From the NCBI RefSeq assembly GCF_009914755.1, contig NC_060926.1: a stretch of 64,000 nt of DNA. One strand, 5' to 3'. The position numbers were made by a program, and so were the translations under genes. The notes under the pieces are model-generated. The model was not told the DNA's origin and did no database searches. It saw only the letters and a program-made list of their open reading frames with translations. Below are positions 1 to 13,840 of the stretch, one piece after another (within the stretch, counting starts at the first letter, position 1; each line of letters begins with the position of its first letter). The DNA is from the human T2T-CHM13v2.0 reference genome, Homo sapiens.

Positions 1-1990
1 CCTCTTAACACTGATATTTGTGAATCTGTCTGTCACACAATAAATGCGCAGCAAGTATTCTTTTCCTTTTTTCTTCCTACCACTAGTGTAAAGTTATTTG
101 CTCCATTACAGTTCAGCTTTCTTTTTTTTGTTTGTTTGCTTTTTCGAGCTAACCTTTACTCTCCCAGTGATTTCTCTGTGAGCCACTACTACAGGTTAAA
201 AAATGTTGTTGGTATTTGTATCTCTATGAATATATTGTGAGGAATCATTAGAATTGTTTCTTCTCTGTGTCACATATAAAATTTGCATGAACAACAAAAG
301 CACAGATCATTGCTGTTTATTTGTTGCTGATATAAAATGCATTTCAAAGAGAAGGAGTGGGGTGGAAATCTAAATTGAGATGATTTAAAAGAGAGTTCAC
401 TTCCCAGGCAACATACCAGAAAGATCATTTCATTGCAACATAAAACTGACTGATAGTGTTACAGCAATATATTAGCTAAACTATCTTCATCTTTGCAAGG
501 TCCATGTTAATATTATTAGTAAACATTTTGAATTTATATTATGCTTGATAAACTAAAACATCATAAACATAAAACACATAGCTGATCTTCATTTTAGAAA
601 TGAATAAAATAAAAGTAATGAAATATAGAAGATTCCGGAAGACACTTTTATGCATAGTTTAGAATTATTTTATCTAAGAGCAATACTTTTGCAAGACAAA
701 TTTTATCCACACAGAAGTGGCATCTCTTTGAATAATTATTATACCTCTAATTCCAATTTTAGCAACATCAATAATAACAAAGACAAGTAACATATATTTC
801 TATTGCTTTTGGAACACATCAACTTTTAATCATTGTGATTTTTACCAAGTGTGATGATGCTCATCTTTGCAAAAACCTCACCAAGCAAATGAGCTGCAGG
901 AGTTCAAATTATAATAATAATTTAAAAAAATTAAAGACCAAATAAGAAGTCTCATAATAATTTATGTCATGATCTAAGAAATTTATTTCTAGTTAGAGAT
1001 GCAGAAGCCAAAGGAAGAGGCAAAGCAGGAACAAAATTCATACACAAAGGGAAGATAAGACACAATCACATGCACACACACATACGCACCCAATGATATT
1101 TTTAGTTTACACCTGAAAGAAAAAAATCACTTAGATATTTTTCTAATATCTCTTATCTTAAACACACACAACATGATAATAATATTAACAGTAAATCAAG
1201 TAAATCATGTTGCATTTTGTATATTTAAAATATCAAAACATCTTAGGTATATAAAGGCATCTAACATTAATAGTAGTACTAGGTTACAAATTTTCTTAAC
1301 TGCTCTTCTTGGAAAATTTTAGTATTTTTGATGCCTTTAAAGCTTTTGGAGTTCTGCATTTCTGCTATTAGTCCTATTAATGTCCTTTTCTGAAACTACC
1401 TTTGTAAAAATTATGCTACTTAACTGGCCATCCAGTAGCAGCCACTGTTCGTTTTATTAAATGTTAACACTTATTATTCATTCCTAAAACGAAAAAAAAA
1501 ACACATACATTTTAGAAACAGCTTATAACTAAATATTAATCCATATCAAATAAGTTTGTGAATATTGTTAAAGTTTTCATTGTGATGACCTAACTTTCAG
1601 TTGACAATCTTAAAGCCTACTTTTTTTATATTTTCTCAACAAATATGACCATTTTGCCTTTTAAAGCATAGTGAAATAACATAATGACATTAAGATGTTA
1701 AAATAGTATAACATACACTCTTGTGTAAGGTAATATTGTACTGGCAGAATAATTTAAATATTGAAACCTTTAAATTTCTAGTATTATGAAAATGTTTTTT
1801 CTTAAATTTAAGTCATGGAGCCATGCCTCTCTCTGCTCTAATTAGATATTAGGAAGAAGTAAGTTATTAAGAAATTCCATCTTTATTGTGATGGCTCTGA
1901 GTCAAAGTCACATGATGAGCTAGCCTTACTCTGAATCACAGGATTCCTTAGAAAAGCCACTGTCAGTCAAGGGATGTTGATGCTGTAAAG

Positions 1991-2861
<871 letters not shown>

Positions 2862-3695
2862 CTGTAGAGTACACCTGCCTTTGTTAAGGATGGTTTAAGA
2901 GCCACCAGGAATCCTTGGCATTTTCTGCATGTAAATGATCCAAGTAACAAACAAGGGAAGATCAGCAGAGCCAAGGCACCTAGACGTTATCACAGCTATT
3001 GTGTCTGAGAAAGAATATCAACTTATGACAATCTTTTACCTTGGGACTTCCTGTGGGCCTGACTAGAAGTAAAGTGCCACATGTTATTGTATTTTTCTCT
3101 CATACTTCCTATAAAATGCCTAGTATTCCAAAAAGTAACAAGATTGAACTATGGGGCTAGTGTTTGTAAATTAAACTCACCTAGAAGCCATTCTGTAATC
3201 AAGATCACATTCAGGAGTTATCAATTATAAATATCAACATACATCATTTTGATTGAACAGCTGTCCTTCCTGTGAAGCACAGCATAATTAACCTTGATAT
3301 CATAATTATAAATGGTTTGATATTATTTGTTGAAAATATAAAGTAACATTTTAACTTTGGCTATCAAATACAGACTCTATGTTGAATGCCCTTTCAGTGT
3401 TCATATGCTGAAAAAGTGTTCTGACAGTTTTTCCTATTTCATACAATTTTACTTTTCTTATCTGAACACTCTTGATTTTGCCACATTTTAACCCACAACA
3501 GGATACTCAGGGAGGCAGAAAAACCTAATTTGTCTTGTGAGGTTTCAGCCCTTTTCCCTTATGTTTCCACAGCACTGTATAAAACAGTGTGGCTTCAATT
3601 TCTTATATTCTAGCTATTTTCTCTAATATCTGATTTTATATCATTGGCTTGAGGTCTGGTTTGTTTTGCTTTTTTCTTATTCATTATTCTAGAAG

Positions 3696-3836
3696 CTAGC
3701 TGGGAAACCAGCCTGGGAAACATAATGAAACCCTGCCTCTACCAAAAAATACAAAACATAGCCAGGTGTGGTGGTGCACACCTGTAGTCCCAGCTACTTG
3801 GGAGGCTGAGGTGGAAGAATCTCTTGAACCTAGGAG
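3696..3836 (+). mobile_element. Central Alu fragment with no head, tail or TSD; near-copy of 2505-2633
   Basis: About 8 mismatches over ~126 bp versus the neighbouring Alu, with shared non-consensus bases. Confidence 0.85.
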
Positions 3837-4849
3837 CTAACTAAGTACACAGCTAATATTGGCTCTCAAAAATATATGAAGACTAAATAAATTAGTCCAG
3901 CAAGATCCTGAAAAGTTTAACTCATACTTGAATAAGGCACACTCAAACCACCACTGACAAACAAACTTATGAAATTAATTAATGAATTATGGGGCACAGG
4001 CCTAATTTATGTACCACCAGCAATTTCCTTTCATCAATAGCTATAAAAATCATTTTATTGGTCATTTTTCTGAGATTCCTTCAAATATAAACTTCTAAAA
4101 TAGAAGAATGGACATAAAGACGTAGCATGCAGGTAAACATTTGTTAGAGCTGCAGGCTAGTAAACATGCCTGCTCATAATTAATGCATCTATCTTATATT
4201 TTATCTCCCTGACATCTCCAAAACCCATATTCTACATTTTTGTTTTGCCTTTTATAAATATCTTTTAAAGGAGGGAGATCATGTCTTATTTTGCATTATT
4301 TTCTCTTGCATAATAAAGTTTCATCTTATTATTGGCATTTTATTTTCCCCTGGGTGAGTCATTGAAAATGGTAAAGCAAGTGAGACCAGGAAGCAGGTGC
4401 ATTTCTTACATTATTCTGCAGTGTTCTTTCCATATGCCCAAGCTTTTGTGTTCAACTTGATAGGAATTAAATATGCTTTATTTCCTTTGAGGAATAAAGT
4501 TCTCTTGACAAGCACCTCCAACCAGAGAAGTAAACACTGTATGAGAATAAACGTCAGGATTTTTACCTTTGTTTCCTTTGGAAATCTTGTCTCCCCAAGG
4601 GCAAAAACATATTTCTGAGGAAACATCAAGAAGAATGATATTTTACTTGGCCCTATGAACTCAGAGCAGATATATGTTGATCTTCAGTATTTGTTTGCAC
4701 ATAGTGTTTTTAAATATAATGAGAAATACAGATTCTCCTTATTCTAAAATATTCCACTGTCCATCAAGAGGAAATTTGTGTGTGTATTTATTGCTGCAGA
4801 CCAAAAGCAGAATATTTTCAAGACATTGTTATTTTGATTTGACATCTAA

Positions 4850-4980
4850 ATTTTTCCATCTGTGAAATGGGTAAATATATACCCGCCTTATAAGGTGTTT
4901 GTGAAGGCTACTTGAGAAAATACTTGTAAATTGAATGTGATATGCAGACGAAAAATGCTTGAAGCAGTTCTTCAATGAGA
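4850..4980 (+). mobile_element. MIR fragment
   Basis: Degenerate MIR core: tttttccatctgtgaaatggg...gtttgtgaagg. Confidence 0.5.
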
Positions 4981-6596
4981 AAAATTGTCCTGTCAATGTT
5001 AACCTCATAATTTCACCCTTTTTCATTTTTAATTTACTTATTTTTCCTCTTTCCTCAGGAGACTGAAAAGTATGAGTGAGATAGCACTAAGCTTCTCAAC
5101 TATAATCTGTAAGATGGAAGAAAATTCCTACTAGTGTGGAGCTGCCAGGTGTCGAGGTGGTCCATTAGGACAATGAGCTGAAATGAAACTAACGATCGAG
5201 ACTTTGTTCACCTGCTGTGATGATGTAATCAAGGGCAAAAATAAGCGCCAGCTCCCTAGTGTTAATTTTCCTCATGGGACAGCACTGGTCAGGATTGTGG
5301 TGGCATGCAGTGCAGGTGAGAGAAGTCTTCCCACTGCCCAGGAACATTAAAAAAAAGGCTCCTGTTTTTTTGAGGACCCAGGATGCCAGAGTGAGGAAGA
5401 TGGACAGGGAAGGGAAGACGTAGGAGCAGAGGAACACTGAGTGAGAGTGGCTGAAAGCCAAGAACTCTTTATGGTGGTCTCAGTGGAGACACTTGGGCTA
5501 AGAATGCAGATCTGCATAACAGCAATGTTCACCAGGGAGGGGCCTGAGTCCTTATCTGCAACTCCCTCCAGAACACGCTAATGCACTGGCTGTGTACCAC
5601 GTCTGGTGTGGGAAGGGCAAGGTTTCTCCTATAAGATTTGCCAGGCAAAGGCTTATAGTTGCTAAGGGACAGGCATAAAAAATCACACAAAAGATTTTGC
5701 CTAGACCTGGACTCCTCAGTTGCTTTTGTGGTGTAAAATTGGAAAATAACTCACCCGTATTAGGGAGAAAAGTATATAATAGAGAAAAGCTCCTTGCCAT
5801 TTTAAATTACAAAGTAGACATAAGTGACCTTCATAAGAAATGAACATGTCTAGTATTGGGCAATAGCTAAAGAGGCTATAGTGTATCTGCGTGATGATAC
5901 ATTAAGTAGTAGCTGTAAATGGTGTTTTCAAGAAATATTTAACAGTGAGAGAAAATATTTGCAGTGCTTGAAGTCAAGAATGTAGAGGAGCACGTTTTAT
6001 ATTGAGTGAGGTACCAGTTTATGGAGTGTGTGTGTATGCAAACTTACAAAAGGGTATCTAATGTGTAAATTAGCTATTATGGACAAATGGATCACAAAAA
6101 ATTGTAATTCTACAAAATTTGACAAATTCTCAATGATGATGCATAACTATTATAATTATTAAATATATTATTATACAAGTAACTAAAATAACTTTAAAGA
6201 TATGCTGTCTGGGCAAAGGGGGAGGGTCTGTCAGAGCCAGCTCTGGGGCACTCGTTACTACTCTCAGCACAGATTGGGCAGGGGGAAGAAAAAGAATTCC
6301 CAGAGACAGAAAGGAAAGTTCATTGTTACCTCTCACTCTGCGAAGCTTAAGTTTGCTACTTTGTTGGGCTTTTAGCTTGTCCTTTTCTTTTTTGAAAATA
6401 TATCATGCTTCAAATAATAATTTAGTAAACCCAATGTGAATGAATTGATACCACAAATAGTATGTGTGTGGGGACCTAAGAGAAGAAAACATTCATTGAG
6501 ATAAGAAGTGGGATTATGACTGTTAGGGATGAACCTCTTCTTTACTCCCTCCTCATATCTTCCTGGGCTCTATACTGCCTTTGTTCTTTAACTATG

Positions 6597-6957
6597 TGTC
6601 TTAGTACATTTGGGTTGCTCTAACAAAATACCATCAACTAGGTAGCTTATAAACAGAAATTTATTTCATATAGTTCTGGAAGTTGGCACGTCTAAGATCA
6701 AGGCACTAGCAGATTCAGCATCTGGTGAGGGATTTTTCCTGTTTCACAGATGGCTCTTTCTCACTATGTCCTCATCTAGCAGAAAGGGACAACTCTGCTC
6801 TCTTTAGCCCCTTATAACGGCACTAATTCCATTCATGAGGTCTCCACTCTCATGATCGCACCACTTCCCACAGGATCCACACCCTCTAATACTCTCACCA
6901 TGGGAATTAAGATTTTAAAATATCAATTTTGGGAGAGCAAACATTGAGACCATAGCA
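6597..6957 (-). mobile_element. MLT1A/MLT1A0 solo LTR (ERVL-MaLR)
   Basis: TGTCTTAGT...ACCATAGCA termini with a typical MLT1A body. 5-bp TSD ctatg/ccatg. Confidence 0.8.
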
Positions 6958-8247
6958 CCATGTGTGCCCAGCTGGGTTGCCGCCTGTTGTTCTGACTGTG
7001 CACCTGAGGAGCTGGTTCACACTGTATATCTCTCTGCAAATATCACCTCTGCCATTTCAGCTGTGATACACGTTACTGACAAACAAAGGGACTGGAGAAA
7101 ATTACTGCATTTTTCTTATTTTATATCTTCTTGACAAATTTAAACCTCCCCAAACAGCACAATCCTTTCAGAATTCTCAGTTACTTTTTGATTTTATACA
7201 GATTTGTTTTAGAGGATTAAGGAATCTTCACCTTGGCCTCACCTCTTTTTAATCGCTGGTCTTGATTCTGACATTTAAACTTTATTTTCCTCAAGAAATT
7301 CTAAGGCTGAATTACTGCCATTTAGCAAAGTAAGGGAAGCAGATCCTGAAATAACAGAGGTGAACAAAGCAAGTTCTTTTCCTGAAGAATTGATATAGAA
7401 GTAAAGCCATTGTTTTATTCCAGAATGATTCTTTCTGTTCGGAGCTGTTTCCTTCCCGTCCAGAATAACCAAAGCAGAAGCAAGTAGATTTCAGATCTAC
7501 TGGAAAGCTCAGCCTATAATCATTGAGCAAGTCAATCAAGAAAACACATTTGCCTCAAAATGAATATAAGTTTCCTAAAAATTTTGTGTGTAATGAATGT
7601 AGACAACCTGTACTAATGGACAATGACCAGAAGCTGGAATATTTTCATTTCTTTTTTAAAAATTGACTTTAACCTTATTAGTGATTGTCTTTTCAATTCA
7701 AATATCTATACGATAATGAAAATTTTAACATTTTAATAGCTTTGTATGCACAGCTCAGGAAATTCATGCCCACCTTCCAGGTGTTTTAATGGAAGAGGCC
7801 ATCTCATGAACATAAACCATAAAAAAGAATCCCAAGCTATCAAGATAGATGTAGGTGGAATGTAATGTTTTCAGTCAAAGGAATTAAAGGATTTATTTAC
7901 AAACATGAAGTAAACAACCTGTGTTCTCAGATTTATCTTGACCCTCATTATTGGCTGTAGCCTGTGGTAGGACATATCTGAAGCAACCTTCCATTGTGGG
8001 TTGAGGCATCCCTTCTTTTGGAAAATCACACAGGACCCAGGATGGAGACTGACAGAGATAAGAGTCTGCCCATGTGCCTTGAATCCACTCTAAGCCAAGA
8101 GAGAAGAATCCTTCTCAACCTCCCTTGTATGTGATTAAGCCAATTTACTTAGAGAAAATATGAGATTGAATTTAGAGGGCAAAAGTCACCCATCAGTTGT
8201 TCAGTTTCTTAGCTTCCTAATTCATTTTTCACTAGAGGATGAACAAC

Positions 8248-8430
8248 TTCAAATCCTGGATCTACCACTTAATAGCAGTGTGACATGGGCAAGCTTTTAA
8301 CTATTCTGGTCATCAGTTTCTTCATCTGTAAATTACGGCTACCACTGATTCTTCCCTCATAGGGTTGTTGGAAAGACTAAAGGAATTAACACATGAAAGT
8401 GGGCCTGATACACGCTGAGCACTGGGAATG
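8248..8430 (+). mobile_element. MIR
   Basis: ttcaaatcctggatctaccactta...cagtttcttcatctgtaaa...tcatagggttgttg matches the MIR core. Confidence 0.75.
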
Positions 8431-8827
8431 TGTTTATATTCCATCATTCCCTTTCTCTCTTTAGCTAATTAAACAATTGGGATTCTGAGCACTTCTTTGC
8501 TCAGAGAAATGATTAATAATTTCAAAATTTCAAAATGTCAAGCTGATTATATAAACCAAATCACTGAAATTTTGCATTTAACTTGGGTCTTGTCTTTGGT
8601 CAACAGAAATAATGTGATACCATGGATATACTGTGGATTTATTGAAATGAAGAGCAGTTGCTTCTCTGATCACCCACAGATCACATTTAAAATGATTAAT
8701 CATGCATTACAACAGATTGGTTAATTTGGAAAATTTTATTATATGAGTTTCTATATCATTATTTTTATTATTATTGCTTTATTATAATTTATCTCAGATA
8801 CATGAAGTCACTTGGTGCTCTGGTAGC

Positions 8828-9280
8828 TTTCATGCGCGTCCGTGTTAAGAGACCACCAAACGGGCTTTGTGTGAGCAATAAAGCTGTTTATTTCACCTGG
8901 GTGCAGGTGGGCTGAGTCTGAAAAGAGAGTCAGCGAAGGGAGATAGGGGTGGGGCCGTTTTATAGGATTTGGGTAGGTAAAGGAAAATTACAGTCAAAGA
9001 GGGTTTGTTCTCTGGCGGGCAGGAGTGGGGGTCGCAAGGTGCTCAGTGGGGGTGCTTTTTGAGCCAGGATGAGCCAGGAAAAGGACTTTCACAAGGTAAT
9101 GTCATCACTTAAGGCAAGGACCGGCCATTTACACTTCTTTTGTGGTGGAATGTCATCAGTTAAGGTGGGGCAGGGCATATTCACTTCTTTTGTGATTCTT
9201 CAGTTACTTCAGGCCGTCTGGGCGTATACGTGCAAGTCACAGGGGATGCGATGGCTTGGCTTGGGCTCGGAGGCCTGACA
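8828..9280 (-). mobile_element. 3' LTR7
   Basis: Minus strand reads TGTCAGGCCTCCGAGCCCAAGC...GACGCGCATGAAA; 453 bp; contains TATAAAA and AATAAA. Confidence 0.97.
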
Positions 9281-9293
9281 TTCCTGCCTTCTT
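9281..9293 (-). other. Polypurine tract of HERV-H
   Basis: AAGAAGGCAGGAA immediately before the 3' LTR. Confidence 0.8.
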
Positions 9294-9949
9294 ATATTAA
9301 TAAGAAAAATAAAACAAAATAGTGTTGAAGTGTTGGGGCGGCGAAAATTTTTGAGGGTGGTATGGAGAGAGAATGGGCGATGTTTCTCAGGGCTGCTTCA
9401 AGCGGGATTAGGGGCGGCGTGGGAACCTAGAGAGGGAGAGATTAAGTTGAAGGGAGGTCTTGTGTAAGCGGTGATATTGTGGGGATGTTAGAAGAAACAT
9501 TTGTCGTATAGAATGATTGGTCATGGCCTGGATACGGTTTTGGATGAATTGAGAAACCAAATAGAATAAAAGAAGGAGAAAAACAGGTATAAAAGGTCTA
9601 AGAATTGGGATGACTCAGGACATCTGATTAGAGAGTGCCTAAGGAGATTCAGCATAGTCCTGCCAGCAAAGATTATTTATTTACTTCAAGAGTTAAGAGT
9701 GGCAGTTTGGGGATAGCACCAGGAGATATCAGCTGTGATGGCTTGGAGAAACAGTGTAAACCGGCAGTGTAAACAAGAGCAGGGCATGTATGAGTAGTTG
9801 AGAACGGTGAATAGGAGTATGACTAGACAGAAGATAGTGGGGATGACAAGTTTTTGGGGCACAGTCTAAGTTGGTCAGGTGTCTGGAATGAGACTGCGGC
9901 CTAATAAAAAGGAGCGTCTATACAGGAGCTTAAATGGGCTGTACCCTGT

Positions 9950-12018
9950 AGCATTCTGAGGACAGGCCTGAATTCTGAGAAGGGAAAGTGGTAAAAGTAT
10001 TGTCCGGTCCATTTTAAGTTGGTGGCTGAGCTTGGTGAGGTGTGTTTTTAAAAGACCTTTAGTCCATTCTACTTTTCTTGAAGATGGAGGATCGTAAGGG
10101 ATATAAAGGTTTCGCTGAATACTAAGAGCCTGAAAAACTGCTTGGCTGATTTGACTAATAAAGGCTCATCTGTTATCAGACTGTATTGAGGTGGGAAGGC
10201 TAAACTGAGGAATTATGTCTGACAGAAGGGAAGAAATGACTGCGGTGGCCTTCTCAGACCCTGTAGGAAAGGCCTGTACCTATCCAGTGAAAGTATCTAC
10301 CTAGACTAAGAGGTATTTTAGTTTTCTGACTCGGGGCATGTTGAGTAAAGCTAATTTGCCAGTCCTGGGTGGGGCAAATCCTTGAGCTTGATGTGTAGGG
10401 AAGGGAGGGGGCCTGAATAATCCCTGAGGAGTAGTAGAATAGCAGATGGAACACTGAGAAATTATTTCCTTGAGGATAGATTTCCACGATGGAAAGGAAA
10501 TGAGAGGTTCTAAGAGACAGGCTAGTGGCTTGTACTATAGCATAACCTGCCTTTGCTGGTATGTGGCGATTAGGCCTGGTGGAACCACAATCAATAAATC
10601 AAGCGTGATCAGGTGAGGAACAGGAAAGAAGGAAATATAGGGAAATGGGGTGAATATCAGGTGGATCAGAGAGATACAGTCATGGGGGTCAGGTGTGGTA
10701 TCAGGAATAATGTGGGAGGCCGGATTGAAGTCTGGGCCAGGAACAACGGTAATTGTGGGACTTAACAAAGAGTGAGTACAGCTGAAGGAGCTGGGGAGCA
10801 GCAGGTATATGCGTCAGGTATGAGGAAGAAAATAGATTTTGGAAGTTATGAGAACTGTAGAGATTGAGTTGAGCATAGTTTGTGATTTTGAGGGCCTCTA
10901 AAAGTATTAGGGCAGCAGCAGCGGCTGCACGGAGACATGATGGCCAGCCTGAAACAGTAAGGTCAAGTTGTTTGGACAAAAAGGCTACAGGACGCGATCC
11001 TGGTCCTTACATAAGAATTCCGACTGCACAGCCCTGCACTTCGGCTGTGTGTAATGAAAAGGGTTGGGATGAGTCAGGGAGAACTAGAGTGGGGGCAATT
11101 TCTAAAGCTGTCTTCAAGGAATGGAAAGAGGAGTGGGGAAAGGATTTAGGATCTATGGGGTCAGCTAGGTTTCCTTTTGTGAGCTTATATAATGGTTTTG
11201 TTAGGATGGCAAAACCAGGTATCCAAAGGCGAAAGTATCCAACCATGGCCAGGAAGGAAAGGAGTTCTTGTTTTGTAGAAGGGGTTGGGGTTTGAGAGAT
11301 CAGTCAGACACGATTGGCAGGGAGAGCACGTGTGTTTTTATGAGAATTATGCCGAGATAGGTAACAGATGAGGAAGAAATTTGAGCTTGATTGAAGTAAT
11401 GGGGGCTGTCTGTGAAGCTTTGCGGCAGTACAGCCCGGGTAATTTGCTGAGCTTGATGGGAGTCAGGGTCAGTCCACGTGAAAGCGAAGAGAGGGTGGGA
11501 TTAATGGTGCAAAGGAATAGTAAAGAAAGCATGTTTGAGATCTAGAACAGAATAATGGGTTGTAGAGGCAGGTATTGAGGATAGGAGAGTATATGGGTTT
11601 GGCACCACGGGGTGGACAGACAAAACAATTTGGTTGATAAGGCGCAGATCCTGAACTAACTTGTAAGGCTTGTCTGGTTTTAGGACAGGTAAAATGGGGG
11701 AATTGTAAGGAGAGTTTATAGGCTTTAAAAGGCCATGCTGTAGCAGGCGAGTGATAACAGGCTTTAATCTTTTTAAAGCATGCTGCAGGATGGAATATTG
11801 GCATTGAGTGGGGTAAGGGTGATTAGGTTTTAATGAGATGGTAAGGGGTGCATGATCGGTCGCCAAGGAGGGAGTAGAGGTATCTTATACTTGTGGGTTA
11901 AAGTGGGGGATACAAGAGGAGGATGCAAAGGAGGCTTTGGATTGGGAAGAAGGGCAGCAATGAGATATAGCTGTAATCCAGGAATAGTCAGGGAAGCAGA
12001 TAATTTAGTTAACATGTC
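9950..12018 (-). pseudogene. pol: HERV-H pol remnant (RT, RNase H and partial IN; frameshifted and deleted)
   Basis: RT motifs YKLVQDLRLIN, VLDLKHAFFTIPL, LPQSFTDSPHYF and VGYFRLWIPGFA. LPQ..SPHYFNQA runs directly into QISSSSVTYLG near 11384, so the YxDD segment is missing. The left boundary is approximate. Confidence 0.88.
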
Positions 12019-12245
12019 TCAGCCTAATAAGGGAACTGGGCAGGTGGGGATAACTAAAAAGGAGTGCTTAAAAGAGTATTGTCTAAGTTGGCACCAGAGT
12101 TGGGGAGTTTTAAGAGGTTTAGAAGCCTGACCGTCAATACCCACAACAGTTCTGGAGGCAAGGGAAATGGGCCCTTGAAAAGAAGGTAATGTGGAGTGGG
12201 TAGCCTCCGTATTGATTAAGAAGGGGACGGGCTTACCGTCCACTG
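12019..12245 (-). pseudogene. pro: HERV-H protease remnant
   Basis: DGKPVPFLINTEATHS...VVGIDG...CPVPLLG; the catalytic DTG reads NTE. Confidence 0.88.
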
Positions 12246-12299
12246 TGAGACTTACCCGAAGCTCGGCGTCCGTGATGGTCTAGGGGGCTTCCGAGGTGA

Positions 12300-13533
12300 T
12301 TGGGCAGTGTCAGTCCTCAGCCTCTAAGCGGAGAAGATCTGGCAAGGAGTCAGTCAGAGAGCCTTGGGCCAGAGTTCCAGGGGCTCTGGGAGTGGCTGCC
12401 AGGTGAGTTGAACAGTCTGATTTTCAGTGGGGTCCCACACAGATGGGACGCGGCTTAGGAGGAATCCCGGGCTGCGGGCATTCCTTGGCCCAGTGGCCAG
12501 ATTTCCGGCACGCGTAGCAAGCTTCTGTGGGAAAAGGTTCTGGAGGAAGGTCTGGCCACTGCACTTCAGGCGTTTGGAAGTTCTTATGTGCTGGAGATGT
12601 GGCTGGGGTTTGTCTCACAGTGGAGGCAAGGAATTGCAACTTTTTTCTATTATTGTACACATTGAAGGCGAGGTTAATTAAATCCTGTTGTGGGGTTTGA
12701 GGGCCAGAATTTAATTTTTGGAGTTGTATTTAATGTTGGGAGCAGACTGGGTAATAAAATGCATTTTGAGAATAAGACGGCCTTTTGACCTTTTAGGGTC
12801 TAGGGCTGTAAAGTGTCTCGGAGTTGCTGCCAAACAAGTCATGAACTGGGCTGGATTTTTATATTTGATGTAAAAGCCTAAACGCTATCTGATTTGGGAT
12901 AAAGAGAAAGGAGCATTAACCTTGACTATGCCTTTAGCTCCAGCCACCTTTTTAAGAGTAAATTGCTGGGCAGGAGGGGGAGGGCTAGTCACGGAACGAA
13001 ACTGTAAGCCGGACCAGGTGTGAGGAGGGGAGGTGATAAAAAGATTATAAGGTGGAGGAGCAGAGGCTGAGGAAGAATTGGGACCTAGCTTGGCCTGGCG
13101 AGGAGCAGCCTGGGGAGGAAGGGAGAGGTCAGATGGGTCTGTAGAAAAGGAAGATTAGAAAGACTCAGCGACGCTTGGGGTTGGTACTGAGGGGACAGGC
13201 GGAAGGGAAAGAAGGAAGATTTGGGATGAGTTGCACTGGGCACAGAGACTAGGAAAGGACTGATGTGTAAAAGAATGCCTGGACATCAGGCACCTCAGAC
13301 CATTTGCCTATTTTACGACAAGAATTATTTAGATCTTGCAGGATGGAAAAATTCAAAGTGCCATTTTCTGGCTATTTGGAACTGCTGTCGAGTTTGTACT
13401 GGGGTCAAGCGGCATTGCACAAGAAAATAAGCCATTTAGGTTTTAGGTCAGGTGTGAGTTGAAGAGGTTTTAAGTTTTTGAGAACACAGGCCAAGGGAGT
13501 AGAAGGAGGAATGGAGGGTGGAACGTTGCCCAT
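12300..13533 (-). pseudogene. gag: HERV-H gag remnant
   Basis: ATG at 13533 gives MGNVPPSIPPSTPLACVLKNL (myristoylated-MA type) followed by an early TGA. CCHC knuckle CYACRKSGHWAKEC near 12480-12521. Confidence 0.85.
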
Positions 13534-13620
13534 AGTGAAGGAAGCAAGCCTAGAGAAAAGAGAGAGTAGAGAAACAGAGGGAAGGGGTTCGGGCGTTCTT
13601 ACCTTCCAGAAAAGTGGGAA

Positions 13621-13840
13621 AAGGGGTTGGGGTGCGGAGATAAGAGGTTGGGGCAGGGAAATAAGGGATGGGGCGCAGAAATAAGAGGTTGGGGCATGGT
13701 ATTAAGGGACTGGGGTGCAGAGATATAAGAGGTTGGGGCACGGAAATAAGGGATTGGGGCACAGAGATGCGAGGTTGGGGCACGGAAATAAGGGATTGGG
13801 GCACAGAGATGTTGGGGCATGGAAATAAGGGATTGGGGGT
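13621..13840. repeat. HERV-H leader tandem array, ~10 units of ~21 bp (two alternating variants)
   Basis: Alternating agataagaggttggggc / aaataagggattggggc units. Confidence 0.85.

Noticed and set aside
9300-9950. HERV-H env gene
   Set aside because: Only a short remnant with no ORF or recognisable immunosuppressive/TM domain, as expected for the deleted HERV-H form.
10882-11295. 137-aa antisense ORF in HERV-H pol
   Set aside because: Non-ATG start, no domain, and expected by chance antisense to a decayed pol.
13621-13840. CRISPR-like array
   Set aside because: Head-to-tail degenerate units with no unique spacers, inside a primate ERV.
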